Of a DNA stretch of 64,000 nucleotides, positions 50,556 to 58,725 are shown piece after piece. The stretch lies in the IMG/VR virus record IMGVR_UViG_3300025264_002028, positions 39,240 to 103,239 of that record. One strand, written 5' to 3'. The DNA is from a virus. Both the position numbers and the translations under genes were made by a program. Under the pieces are notes generated by a model that worked only from the letters and a program-made list of their open reading frames with translations, was not told the DNA's origin and searched no databases. Each line of letters starts with the position of its first letter. Within the stretch, counting starts at the first letter, position 1.

Positions 50556-50884
50556 TTATCAACTCCTTCGCGGTCCTTCAACATAGTCAAAGTAAAACCA
50601 ATCTCAACTGCTAATCTTTCTATGATTACCAGCATGTCAGATCTATCAACATTATCCTCTTCCATCTTATCAATCATTTCCCGCCCCCATTTGAGGCATT
50701 CATGATTCGCAAAGTAAATCGCTAAACTCGCAGTAATATGTTCCATTTCACCGGATAAATAAGCGTTTCTTAAACGATCCATAGCTTCTTGAGTTATATT
50801 GTAACTATTTTCAAATTCTACCCAAGACTGATCCGGTTTCTTCATAAGAATTATAAGTTCGTCTATGATCTTTAGATCAGTCAT
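50552..50884 (-). CDS. hypothetical protein
   Basis: First gene after the promoter; ends GVDK. Confidence 0.65.
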   Translation of the reverse strand: MTDLKIIDELIILMKKPDQSWVEFENSYNITQEAMDRLRNAYLSGEMEHITASLAIYFANHECLKWGREMIDKMEEDNVDRSDMLVIIERLAVEIGFTLTMLKDREGVDK

Positions 50885-50941
50885 TTATTTTATTAACTCC
50901 ATCGCTCGTTAAACAGAATATTCAATACTGCGCACACTAAC

Positions 50942-50970
50942 ATTATAACACCGACCCAGAAATTAAGCAA
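50942..50970 (-). promoter_or_regulatory. sigma70-type promoter with extended -10
   Basis: TTGCTT-17 nt-TATAAT with TGn extension. Confidence 0.75.
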
Positions 50971-51041
50971 GCTATCTAGCGCAAAAAAAAAGGCAAAATT
51001 AATTCCCGCAAACAAAAGACACAGGTTGGATTGTTTAATTC

Positions 51042-51278
51042 TCACAGTGTTGTCCTCGGCCATTTAGGATAAAGGGGGGAGTGGCGTCCAGTAAGTTTAT
51101 ACAATCTCTTCTTGAGTTCGATTATTTCAAACGCATGTTCCAGCATAAGATTTCTTTGAGCTGTCGGACCACCCATCCCCTCTCTACTGTAGTTCGATTT
51201 CTTTATCACTTGAATTGCATACTGACGCCTTCGGATCAAATATTCTATTTTATGATCCTCCCGGAGTGGACCGTGCAT
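51042..51278 (-). CDS. hypothetical basic protein
   Basis: 78 aa ORF. Confidence 0.55.
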   Translation of the reverse strand: MHGPLREDHKIEYLIRRRQYAIQVIKKSNYSREGMGGPTAQRNLMLEHAFEIIELKKRLYKLTGRHSPLYPKWPRTTL

Positions 51279-51289
51279 AACACCCCCCG

Positions 51290-52540
51290 CTAAAGAATTA
51301 CCTCAGCTTCACCTTCTAACAAATAACGTGGCCTCCCGCCATTATCCACTTTCTGAATACTCATAGGAATATTAAAGTGGTCAAATAGTGTTGCACACAC
51401 ATCCAGTGGCCCATATGGGTTTTCTTTAGGTGTATACGACTTATCTGCCGTACCAATTGTTCTCCCTAGCTCATATTCCCCACCAGCCATAAGCATAGGT
51501 GACATTGCGGGCCAGTGATCTCGTCCAGCATTTCCATTAAGTTTGGTTCTGCCAAATTCTCCAGTAACTACCAAAAGAATCTTTTCATTGAGACCCCGGT
51601 CCCACACATCCTGTAAAAAAGCCGCAACAGCTTGATCAACAGGAGGAACTCTACCTTTAAGGGCATTAGAAATATTCCCGTGCATATCCCACCCACCATA
51701 GTGCATAGTAACAAATTTAGTTCCATGTTCTGCTAGGCGTCGTGCAAGCAGCATTTGTTTACCAATATCAGTATTGCCATATGCGTCTCTAATTTTAGTG
51801 GGCTCCTTGTCTATGTCAAATGCCAGTTTAGCAGTACCAAGTATGGTATCATATGCTTGCACAGTATATTTTCCTATAGAAGTAGCCGCATTACTAACGA
51901 TTTCATGCTGCTTATCCAAAGCTGCTAGTAATTCACCACGCGATTTAAATCTATCCACCTTAACTCGCGGGCTAAGATTATCTTTATTAGAAGGATCAAA
52001 AGGTTTATATGCGCCACCTAACCATGATGGTCCTTCTCCAGAGATACCACCCTGCTTAATATAGGTTGGAATTCCAGTAGAAGTATTAGCACCATAGATA
52101 GAGGAAATAATAGAACCAAAACCCGGATACTTGGGATTAGAAGTTTGTGCTCGTTCTCCATTGTAGTGACCCGTCATCATCCAGTGAGTTGCTTGACGAT
52201 GAGATGAATCTCCATGAGTGAAGGAATTAACACTAACTAATTTATCTTTATGTTTAAATGTTTCAAACCAGTCAGCCCCAAAAGAAAGATTAGTGTCGGG
52301 ATCATATAGAAGGCCGTTTACAGGTCTAAATTGATCAGGAACATTGAAATCGGTGGGGGCATGGAAAGTTTCAAACTGAGTAGGACCCCCTCCAAGCCAT
52401 AGCCATATTACAGACTTATCCTTAAGCGCCAGCTCCTCCTCTTCGGCCATAGCTAAATCAGAAAGACCCATAGCTGTCATGCCCGATCCAATACTACCAA
52501 TCCTAAGAAAATCACGTCTGTTAAAATTGATATCTAACAT
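51290..52540 (-). CDS. DUF1501 family protein with Tat signal (close paralog of 28441-29691)
   Basis: NRRDFL; same length (416 aa); long identical peptide stretches. Confidence 0.93.
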   Translation of the reverse strand: MLDINFNRRDFLRIGSIGSGMTAMGLSDLAMAEEEELALKDKSVIWLWLGGGPTQFETFHAPTDFNVPDQFRPVNGLLYDPDTNLSFGADWFETFKHKDKLVSVNSFTHGDSSHRQATHWMMTGHYNGERAQTSNPKYPGFGSIISSIYGANTSTGIPTYIKQGGISGEGPSWLGGAYKPFDPSNKDNLSPRVKVDRFKSRGELLAALDKQHEIVSNAATSIGKYTVQAYDTILGTAKLAFDIDKEPTKIRDAYGNTDIGKQMLLARRLAEHGTKFVTMHYGGWDMHGNISNALKGRVPPVDQAVAAFLQDVWDRGLNEKILLVVTGEFGRTKLNGNAGRDHWPAMSPMLMAGGEYELGRTIGTADKSYTPKENPYGPLDVCATLFDHFNIPMSIQKVDNGGRPRYLLEGEAEVIL

Positions 52541-52557
52541 CGCACTATCTCCCGATT

Positions 52558-53472
52558 TTAATATATGAGTGTAGGAAATTTAATAGCATCCGGTGTGAAG
52601 CTTTTTTGATCACTACTAGACTTAGATTTAGGTCCCTCAACTGGTAATGATAAAATTTCTTCCATGTCGGGCACTTCTTTATTCATATCTATGGCCCACA
52701 AAATATCATGTTTCGTTGCCCATACTCGCATTCGTCGTACCGGTACGATAAGATTAAAAGTTTCGCCCGCCCCTCTTACAAGCATTCCCATGTATTGTCC
52801 AGCCTTATCGCCTGATCTTTCTGACAGAAAAACACCACCACCGGAACTACCGGGAAATGCTGTAACTGTAGTTTGATCAAAAACGGTACCATCCCCACTA
52901 CCTAAATTTAGCACACGTCCTACCTGAGAAACAATACCGCGTGTCATAGAATTAGAACCGGTTTGCCCCAATAATGATCCCACATGATACAGTTCAGCCC
53001 CAATAGAGACAGGCTTACCCTTTCCATTATAAAATTCAGCATTACTTTTAATAAAACTTCTTTTTCTAACCATAAGTAACGCAAGATCTTCTCCATCAGT
53101 AGCATCGCTGTATTTAATGACCTTGGTATCCATTTTTAGCTCACCTACCCGTCTACCATTTTCTACCAACTCTTGTACAATTTGTGCGTCTTTAAATTCA
53201 ACCACCTTTTTTGGTTGACCATTTTCTATGACATTTCGTACAGAGCGGAGGCCACTAATAACATGCGCTGCCGTCCATACAAAATTAATTTGTTCAGTTT
53301 CATTACCCTCAGTTTTTACAGCTCTAGTAATAATAACTCCCGATCCTTCACTAGAGGAGGCTTTTACAGTAACGGAAATATCTTGTAGCTTTTTATAAAG
53401 CTCCTGTGCATTAGTAGTATTAACACACGCAACACACACCAACAAAATTGCCAAAGTCATTCGTCTAATCAT
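52558..53472 (-). CDS. secreted trypsin-like serine protease
   Basis: Signal peptide; GSGVII, TAAH, DLAL, PGSSGGG. Confidence 0.9.
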   Translation of the reverse strand: MIRRMTLAILLVCVACVNTTNAQELYKKLQDISVTVKASSSEGSGVIITRAVKTEGNETEQINFVWTAAHVISGLRSVRNVIENGQPKKVVEFKDAQIVQELVENGRRVGELKMDTKVIKYSDATDGEDLALLMVRKRSFIKSNAEFYNGKGKPVSIGAELYHVGSLLGQTGSNSMTRGIVSQVGRVLNLGSGDGTVFDQTTVTAFPGSSGGGVFLSERSGDKAGQYMGMLVRGAGETFNLIVPVRRMRVWATKHDILWAIDMNKEVPDMEEILSLPVEGPKSKSSSDQKSFTPDAIKFPTLIY

Positions 53473-53487
53473 GATCTATCTCTCCTT

Positions 53488-53676
53488 TTAAAGGTCTTGG
53501 TCTTGCCACTTGCGCCATTCTAGATCCTCTTCCGGCTCCAGAAAATATAGATTGTAAACTTTTTCCAACGTATCAATTGCTTCCCGATCAACCACATACT
53601 CTGTTTTTAAACCTGTTTTTCTGTATTGTGATATCACACGCTCAATAGCTTCCCGCATGTCTTCAAACATACTCAT
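53488..53676 (-). CDS. hypothetical protein
   Basis: ATGA-coupled 62 aa ORF. Confidence 0.6.
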   Translation of the reverse strand: MSMFEDMREAIERVISQYRKTGLKTEYVVDREAIDTLEKVYNLYFLEPEEDLEWRKWQDQDL

Positions 53677-54299
53677 GCTCCAAATGCTGCAATACTGTGT
53701 TCAAAAGGGTTACCTTCAATACTTTTTACCTGATCTAACATTGTACTCGCAATTTCACGAATTTCAACCTGTGCATCGGATTTATTTCGTAAACCCTGAA
53801 AATGCATAAAACTCCTCCAGTTAAACATAACATCAGCTGTGATCTGCGTATTGTATGATCGGAAAAATCGAGCTGATTCTTTAGCTCTTTTTCTATCTAT
53901 ACCATGGTCTTCTATTAGACTTTTGACACAATTATGGTACATTTTTAGCCCAAGATTAGTATAGGCTTTTAAAGAATCTTGCCAATTAATAGGCCAATCA
54001 TCAGGAATATAGAATTTATCTTCCTTGATCTCTTTATACCGCGCAGACTCGCCATTAACATTTACGCCAATTCTATGTTTAATGATATGAATGTGGCTTG
54101 CGATGTCTGTGGTTACTAGAAAATGTATAGCCGACTTCTCAAATGGTGTATGGTGACCATTTTCAGCTAACATTTTTAAGAGATTACCCATACGTTTACG
54201 TTTATTATCGGTTAAATCGCGAGATGTGCTCGTCCAAGCCGATAAGGCATGCGATTCATCTCCACCATAATAACCTATCAATTCAATTTCGTTACGCAT
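53673..54299 (-). CDS. thyX: second, divergent flavin-dependent thymidylate synthase
   Basis: HHTPFE, KHRIGVNVNGESARY, ESARFF, NWRS, AQVEIR. Confidence 0.85.
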   Translation of the reverse strand: MRNEIELIGYYGGDESHALSAWTSTSRDLTDNKRKRMGNLLKMLAENGHHTPFEKSAIHFLVTTDIASHIHIIKHRIGVNVNGESARYKEIKEDKFYIPDDWPINWQDSLKAYTNLGLKMYHNCVKSLIEDHGIDRKRAKESARFFRSYNTQITADVMFNWRSFMHFQGLRNKSDAQVEIREIASTMLDQVKSIEGNPFEHSIAAFGA

Positions 54300-54609
54300 T
54301 TCCAGCAGTCCTATATGGCCATTTTTCCGCGAGTGTCTTATTAATATTACCAACCTTTACTAACCATCTGCCATATTTTCCGGTCTTGGTTGTTGTTATG
54401 GTTACATAACCACTGGCATCTCTTTCGCTCGCTATCAACATTCTAAGTTCTTGAGTTGCCAGTTTCCAGTCTTCATGCCCCCTCTCAGGTGTATCTACAT
54501 CCATCAATCTTCCACGCACCCTTATTGTAATATTAAAACCTAAATCTACATCAAAATCTACTGTATCTCCATCTACAATTTTTATTACTTTTGCTTTATA
54601 CTCATACAT
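54292..54609 (-). CDS. thermonuclease (SNase-like), paralog of 20345-20662
   Basis: VDGDTVDFDVDLG, DTPERGHED, TGKYGRWL. Confidence 0.88.
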   Translation of the reverse strand: MYEYKAKVIKIVDGDTVDFDVDLGFNITIRVRGRLMDVDTPERGHEDWKLATQELRMLIASERDASGYVTITTTKTGKYGRWLVKVGNINKTLAEKWPYRTAGNA

Positions 54610-55040
54610 TACTCATCCTTTTCTTCCTTGTTAGAGGAATCATGCCTCTTGAAAATCATTCCACAGTCCTTGCAGTTAAATTTATCATTGGCAGGATCAG
54701 CTGGGCATTCCCAATTAGCTACCCAATTGATGCTTCCACATGGGCATTTAACAATTATATTTTTTATATCATCATCATCATCATCACTATAGTAGAAACT
54801 ATTCCATTCATTAGCTTCTAATTGATTTTGAATCAAAGCATACATAGTACATAAGCCTTTAACATATCCAGTAACTTCTATCTGATTATCCCATGAAGCA
54901 TGCGCTGTTTTAATTAAAGCATACAATAATTTGTTTTCTTTCCTGATGTTTTTAAGTTGGTTTTTAAACCACTGTTTGTCATGTTCCATAGACACCGTCA
55001 GTGAAGCCACAGTATCCTTCGATACCTCTGGAATCTTCAT
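54609..55040 (-). CDS. hypothetical protein with C-terminal zinc ribbon
   Basis: SD AAGGAG before ATG 55040; CPCG...CKDC. Confidence 0.65.
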   Translation of the reverse strand: MKIPEVSKDTVASLTVSMEHDKQWFKNQLKNIRKENKLLYALIKTAHASWDNQIEVTGYVKGLCTMYALIQNQLEANEWNSFYYSDDDDDDIKNIIVKCPCGSINWVANWECPADPANDKFNCKDCGMIFKRHDSSNKEEKDE

Positions 55041-55066
55041 CGTATCACTCCTTACATTGTAAGCAG

Positions 55067-55324
55067 TGGAGGTGGGGGGAATTGAACCCCCGTCCAGTAT
55101 AAACTCAAATAACAACGTCTACATGTTTAAACTCACTCACGAAAAACGTAACTCTTCGTCCTAATTGGGTAACAAGGTCTAGGACAACCCCGCGCTACTA
55201 GGCAGCGAGTGCTAAGCTAGGCTCGGCAAGTAAAATTAGTTTAATCGATTTTTTAACTGGCCGTTCGATCAACCAGTACATGCAGTTATTACTCTTGTTC
55301 ATCTGTCGATCCCTTATCACCCCC
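55067..55324 (-). ncRNA. ssrA: tmRNA, compact (~258 nt), tag (A)AEPSLALAA**
   Basis: 5' GGGGGTGA..GGATCGAC; 3' GGACGGGGGTTCAATTCCCCCCACCTCCA; G3-U70 pair; pk1 and pk2; tag ORF GCC GAG CCT AGC TTA GCA CTC GCT GCC TAG TAG. Confidence 0.93.
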
Positions 55325-55699
55325 GTTTAACTCATTTAAAATTGATTTATCTTTCTTCGCTTGTGCTATTCCTTTGTTGGTGAGTCTAAATGAAAATTCA
55401 CCATCCTCTCCTATCAAAGTTTCTACATAACCCTCTTTACACAATTCTTCTAAGGTGGCTTCAACAGTACCACTCTCATGATCTAATGCATAGGCACAAC
55501 TATCTACTATATGCTCTTCAATTACATAAAAAACCTTATCAGAATGAGGGCTGTCGTAATAATATTGTTTTCTCTGTTTACAGAGTTGTTTAAGGGCTTC
55601 AGCGCTCTTTTGGGGCGTCGTGAATGCTCCTAATATATCCATATCATAAAATTCGTCGCCAATAAGCTCGTGTCTAGTTAAAACATATATTTGAGTCAC
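55289..55699 (-). CDS. hypothetical protein (C-terminal winged-helix-like); 3' end overlaps tmRNA
   Basis: LEELCKEGYV...FRLTNKG. Confidence 0.6.
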   Translation of the reverse strand: MTQIYVLTRHELIGDEFYDMDILGAFTTPQKSAEALKQLCKQRKQYYYDSPHSDKVFYVIEEHIVDSCAYALDHESGTVEATLEELCKEGYVETLIGEDGEFSFRLTNKGIAQAKKDKSILNELNGGDKGSTDEQE

Positions 55700-56007
55700 A
55701 GAGGAGTCTCCGATTTAAGTGCTAATCTAACAATTAATATATATTGATCTACTTCAGTAGGGGTTAACTCAAACCCCATTTCAGCTATTTTTGTACGCCA
55801 TAACAACTTTTCTTCACGATCCATATAGCACAGATGATATAGATATATAATGGTATAAAAATCATCATCTTTACATAATTCAACCATTTTTTTATATACA
55901 TTCCATGCCGTACTTGAATGTAATGCATCATCGTAACAGCTCGTTAGTATTTGATATAGCCCGGTTTCTTCCATGGGATAACTCCCCGAGTATGGAATAT
56001 GTAACAT
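55696..56007 (-). CDS. hypothetical protein
   Basis: 103 aa ORF. Confidence 0.6.
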   Translation of the reverse strand: MLHIPYSGSYPMEETGLYQILTSCYDDALHSSTAWNVYKKMVELCKDDDFYTIIYLYHLCYMDREEKLLWRTKIAEMGFELTPTEVDQYILIVRLALKSETPL

Positions 56008-56045
56008 ATAGCCATATCATAATACACATTTTTCCCTGTTATTAG

Positions 56046-56118
56046 TACCCTCGGCAGGATTTGAACCTGCGACCCACGGTTTAGAAGACCGTTGCTCTGT
56101 CCCCTGAGCTACAAGGGC
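56046..56118 (-). tRNA. tRNA-Arg (anticodon TCT)
   Basis: GCCCTTG acceptor; D arm GCTC/GAGC; anticodon arm ACGGT-CTTCTAA-ACCGT; T arm GCAGG-TTCAAAT-CCTGC; CCA not encoded. Confidence 0.95.
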
Positions 56119-56555
56119 AATGCATATTCCTCCATAGATACATTCACCTCTTTTAATATTTTTCTAGATAATTGGAACTCTTCTTTCCATCTTTCATTAG
56201 TGTTTACATATGATACCACTCTAGAAATACCGCTTTGAATTATCATTGACGCACATTTTGGACACGGTATAAAGGGATAAGTATATATGGCGCATTCTGT
56301 TAATGGACGTTGAGCAAATAACAAAGCGTTACATTCAGCATGCACTATCATTTTATACTTAGTTTCACGATTGTCAAGTCTTATATCGTCAGAAATCCCT
56401 TTTGGAAATCCATTATACCCAACTGATACTACACGGTTATTGATGTCCACAATAACCGCCCCCACTTTAGTGGAGGGGTCTTTGGACCATGCAGATACTA
56501 ACTGAGCCATGTCTAAAAAACGTATATCCCAGTTATATCGTTCCAATCTATTCAT
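56109..56555 (-). CDS. second dCMP deaminase
   Basis: WSKDPSTKVGA, GYNG, HAECNA, PCPKC. Confidence 0.93.
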   Translation of the reverse strand: MNRLERYNWDIRFLDMAQLVSAWSKDPSTKVGAVIVDINNRVVSVGYNGFPKGISDDIRLDNRETKYKMIVHAECNALLFAQRPLTECAIYTYPFIPCPKCASMIIQSGISRVVSYVNTNERWKEEFQLSRKILKEVNVSMEEYALPL

Positions 56556-56556
56556 A

Positions 56557-57654
56557 TTATAAGCACTCCGCAAAATTAAATAATAGATTTAACTTTTCGT
56601 CAAAAATACTATAGGGAATGTCTCGATATGTACATACTGATGGTTCAGCTCTATCTGCTATTATGGAAGCGGCTGACGCCAGAGGAAACGCTGTCGCCAT
56701 TTGCATTGCCGAAAACTGTGAATTACAATGAATTACTTTTTCATTCGACCAATCATCTACGGAAACTTTAATTATTACCAAATCTTTTTGGGGTGGACAG
56801 CTATTTTTGAATACATCAATTAAAGATTTATCATCGAGCCCTGACTCATGGACGAGGAAATTAACAATTTGATGGTGAGAGGGATACCGAAGAGTTTTAT
56901 AGCAACAATTTTGTATCCCTTTCATCTTCATAGAGGAGACCGTGTGTGATGTGCCTCCGCTGGTATAAAAAGCTTCTAGAGTCCCTATATCGCTGGATAT
57001 TGGAAATTGATACCCTTCCATGCCACGTACAACAGTTTCCTGTCCATCCACTAGCACGAGACAGCTATCTCTGTATTCGTTAATCAGCCCATCATACGAC
57101 CATGTACAGCTGTACTTAAGGGTATTGTTGGGGCACTGAGGAAGGCCACCAACCATCATAGTGACGGTGTGAGGGACCTCTCCTTCTCTTTCCATGTATT
57201 CTTGGCACATATTTTCTGCCATAATATTGACCCATCCGGGGGCTAAGCCAAGATCAGTCATAATTGAACATCGCATATAGCGACGACCCATTTCATTTAT
57301 GCCTCCACTAATTCCTTCATTACCACCCAGATCGCAATATGCAACATTCCTACATACGCAGTGATAGGCCAGCTGTGTATTTTGGTGGTAGGGAAGCGCT
57401 GAAATAACAACATCTACATCCTTGTCTATAAATGAATAGTCTGGATATTTTTTATTCACCACATATTTTTCTATGGAAGATGATCCATTAATAAATCGCT
57501 TCCATACAGAAGATTTCATATCAATTAAAGCTTCACACTCATTAAGATTATCAGCATCCACATCTGCTATAACCAAGTCATCAAATCCCAATTTATGCAT
57601 TGCCCAAGTAGTAGCTCTCCCCATCTGACCAACGCCAATTATTGCAGCTTTCAT
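56557..57654 (-). CDS. saccharopine dehydrogenase-like oxidoreductase (lysine 6-dehydrogenase type)
   Basis: GVGQMG, ISALPY, GLAPG, VGGLP, LEAFYTSGG, YKTLRYP. Confidence 0.85.
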   Translation of the reverse strand: MKAAIIGVGQMGRATTWAMHKLGFDDLVIADVDADNLNECEALIDMKSSVWKRFINGSSSIEKYVVNKKYPDYSFIDKDVDVVISALPYHQNTQLAYHCVCRNVAYCDLGGNEGISGGINEMGRRYMRCSIMTDLGLAPGWVNIMAENMCQEYMEREGEVPHTVTMMVGGLPQCPNNTLKYSCTWSYDGLINEYRDSCLVLVDGQETVVRGMEGYQFPISSDIGTLEAFYTSGGTSHTVSSMKMKGIQNCCYKTLRYPSHHQIVNFLVHESGLDDKSLIDVFKNSCPPQKDLVIIKVSVDDWSNEKVIHCNSQFSAMQMATAFPLASAASIIADRAEPSVCTYRDIPYSIFDEKLNLLFNFAECL

Positions 57655-57702
57655 TTTTGTAACTCTGTAAAAGGGAAATCAGAAAGGATAAGGTAAGACA
57701 AA

Positions 57703-57966
57703 CTAAAATATTTTCCTAATAGGTTTAATAACATAGTGACCGATGAAACCACCGATTGTTTTTTTTCCTAGCTTAGTTCTAATCTCATTTTCCCAATTTG
57801 TCAAGGGGCACCTGATCTCTTTACTGAATGTAATAAGAAAAATAAAAGAACATATAGGTAACGCAACATACCAAGGTGATAGAAATGGAGCGATAAAAAA
57901 GGACACCGCATTACCCACGATAATACACATGTGAAATATGATTAACAACATCCATGCTATTTTCAT
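57703..57966 (-). CDS. DUF2784-like membrane protein
   Basis: TM segments; CPLTNWEN...GFIGHY. Confidence 0.7.
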   Translation of the reverse strand: MKIAWMLLIIFHMCIIVGNAVSFFIAPFLSPWYVALPICSFIFLITFSKEIRCPLTNWENEIRTKLGKKTIGGFIGHYVIKPIRKIF

Positions 57967-57967
57967 C

Positions 57968-58318
57968 TCACTCCTTCCAAGCTATTTCTATAAGATTCTT
58001 TCCGAAAAATTGTTTTGTAAATTCCACTGCATCCAGTGGGTCAAATTTTTTACAGGTATATATATCTACACTAAAAAAAGCAGGAGTGATCGCATCCCAC
58101 GTATACATATGCATACCAGATTCTTTCCAATGCATGTATCCACACCACCCATATTCGGCGTCGTGAGACAAAACTGGAGCCATAAGTGATGTCATATCAA
58201 GCAATGGCCCAGTTTGTTCTATATAATCCGACATATTCTGCGCAGACATGGGGGACGTTAGAGTGCCTTCAATTATCAGTCTTTGCCTAATAATAGTTGG
58301 TGATAAATCTTTCCACAT
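57968..58318 (-). CDS. pyruvoyl-dependent AdoMet decarboxylase-like proenzyme (SpeD family)
   Basis: WKE-SGMHMYTW cleavage motif, VDIYTC. Confidence 0.75.
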   Translation of the reverse strand: MWKDLSPTIIRQRLIIEGTLTSPMSAQNMSDYIEQTGPLLDMTSLMAPVLSHDAEYGWCGYMHWKESGMHMYTWDAITPAFFSVDIYTCKKFDPLDAVEFTKQFFGKNLIEIAWKE

Positions 58319-58322
58319 AATA

Positions 58323-58622
58323 CTAACCCTCCAAAAAAGGTGGCACTCTTTTATCAATTGCCTTTTGGACTCTTCCCTTAAAGGCTATTGCAGAAAAGGG
58401 GAGGTCGATGGTTACTTTCACATTTGTGTCTTGTATATCAATGGAGCCCTTTGTATTAACACCCCGGCTAATTCCTTCAAATTGAAACCTATTGTCCGTT
58501 TCTTCAATAGAAGCATCACTTATCTCAAATGATTCTAAAAGATCATCCAGCGCAAATTTCATTTTATCTTTCGCGTCACAAACTTGAAGAGTGTGATTAT
58601 AAGTTCCTGTTACTTTAGGCAT
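58323..58622 (-). CDS. polyhydroxyalkanoate-system (PHA_gran_rgn)-like protein
   Basis: MPK....NH.L, LPFSAIAFKGRVQKAI; SD AAGGAGG. Confidence 0.6.
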   Translation of the reverse strand: MPKVTGTYNHTLQVCDAKDKMKFALDDLLESFEISDASIEETDNRFQFEGISRGVNTKGSIDIQDTNVKVTIDLPFSAIAFKGRVQKAIDKRVPPFLEG

Positions 58623-58632
58623 TTCTTCCTCC

Positions 58633-58725
58633 TTAAAATAATATCAAGTGGAGAGCGAATGTCATAAGCCAGATCACTCCCCCCACTATAAGTACCCCAA
58701 CCCAATCTGTCTCAGGTTTATTCAT
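58633..58725 (-). CDS. 30 aa single-TM micropeptide (not in ORF track)
   Basis: MNKPETDWVGVLIVGGVIWLMTFALHLILF*; ATGA-coupled to the upstream gene; fills the gap. Confidence 0.6.
   Translation of the reverse strand: MNKPETDWVGVLIVGGVIWLMTFALHLILF

Larger units (their letters stand above)
49113..50901 (-). repeat. dispersed conserved gene-junction motif GGAGTTGATAAATGA (5-6 copies)
   Basis: Copies ending at 49113, 49532, 49909, 50364, 50552 plus a variant near 50884-50901. Confidence 0.75.

Noticed and set aside
55041-55115. N-terminal extension of ORF 54609-55115
   Set aside because: It overlaps the tmRNA 3' end; a good SD precedes ATG 55040.
56046-56118. tRNA or tmRNA as a prophage attachment site
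   Set aside because: No integrase, no duplicated 3' fragment, and phage-like genes continue on both sides.
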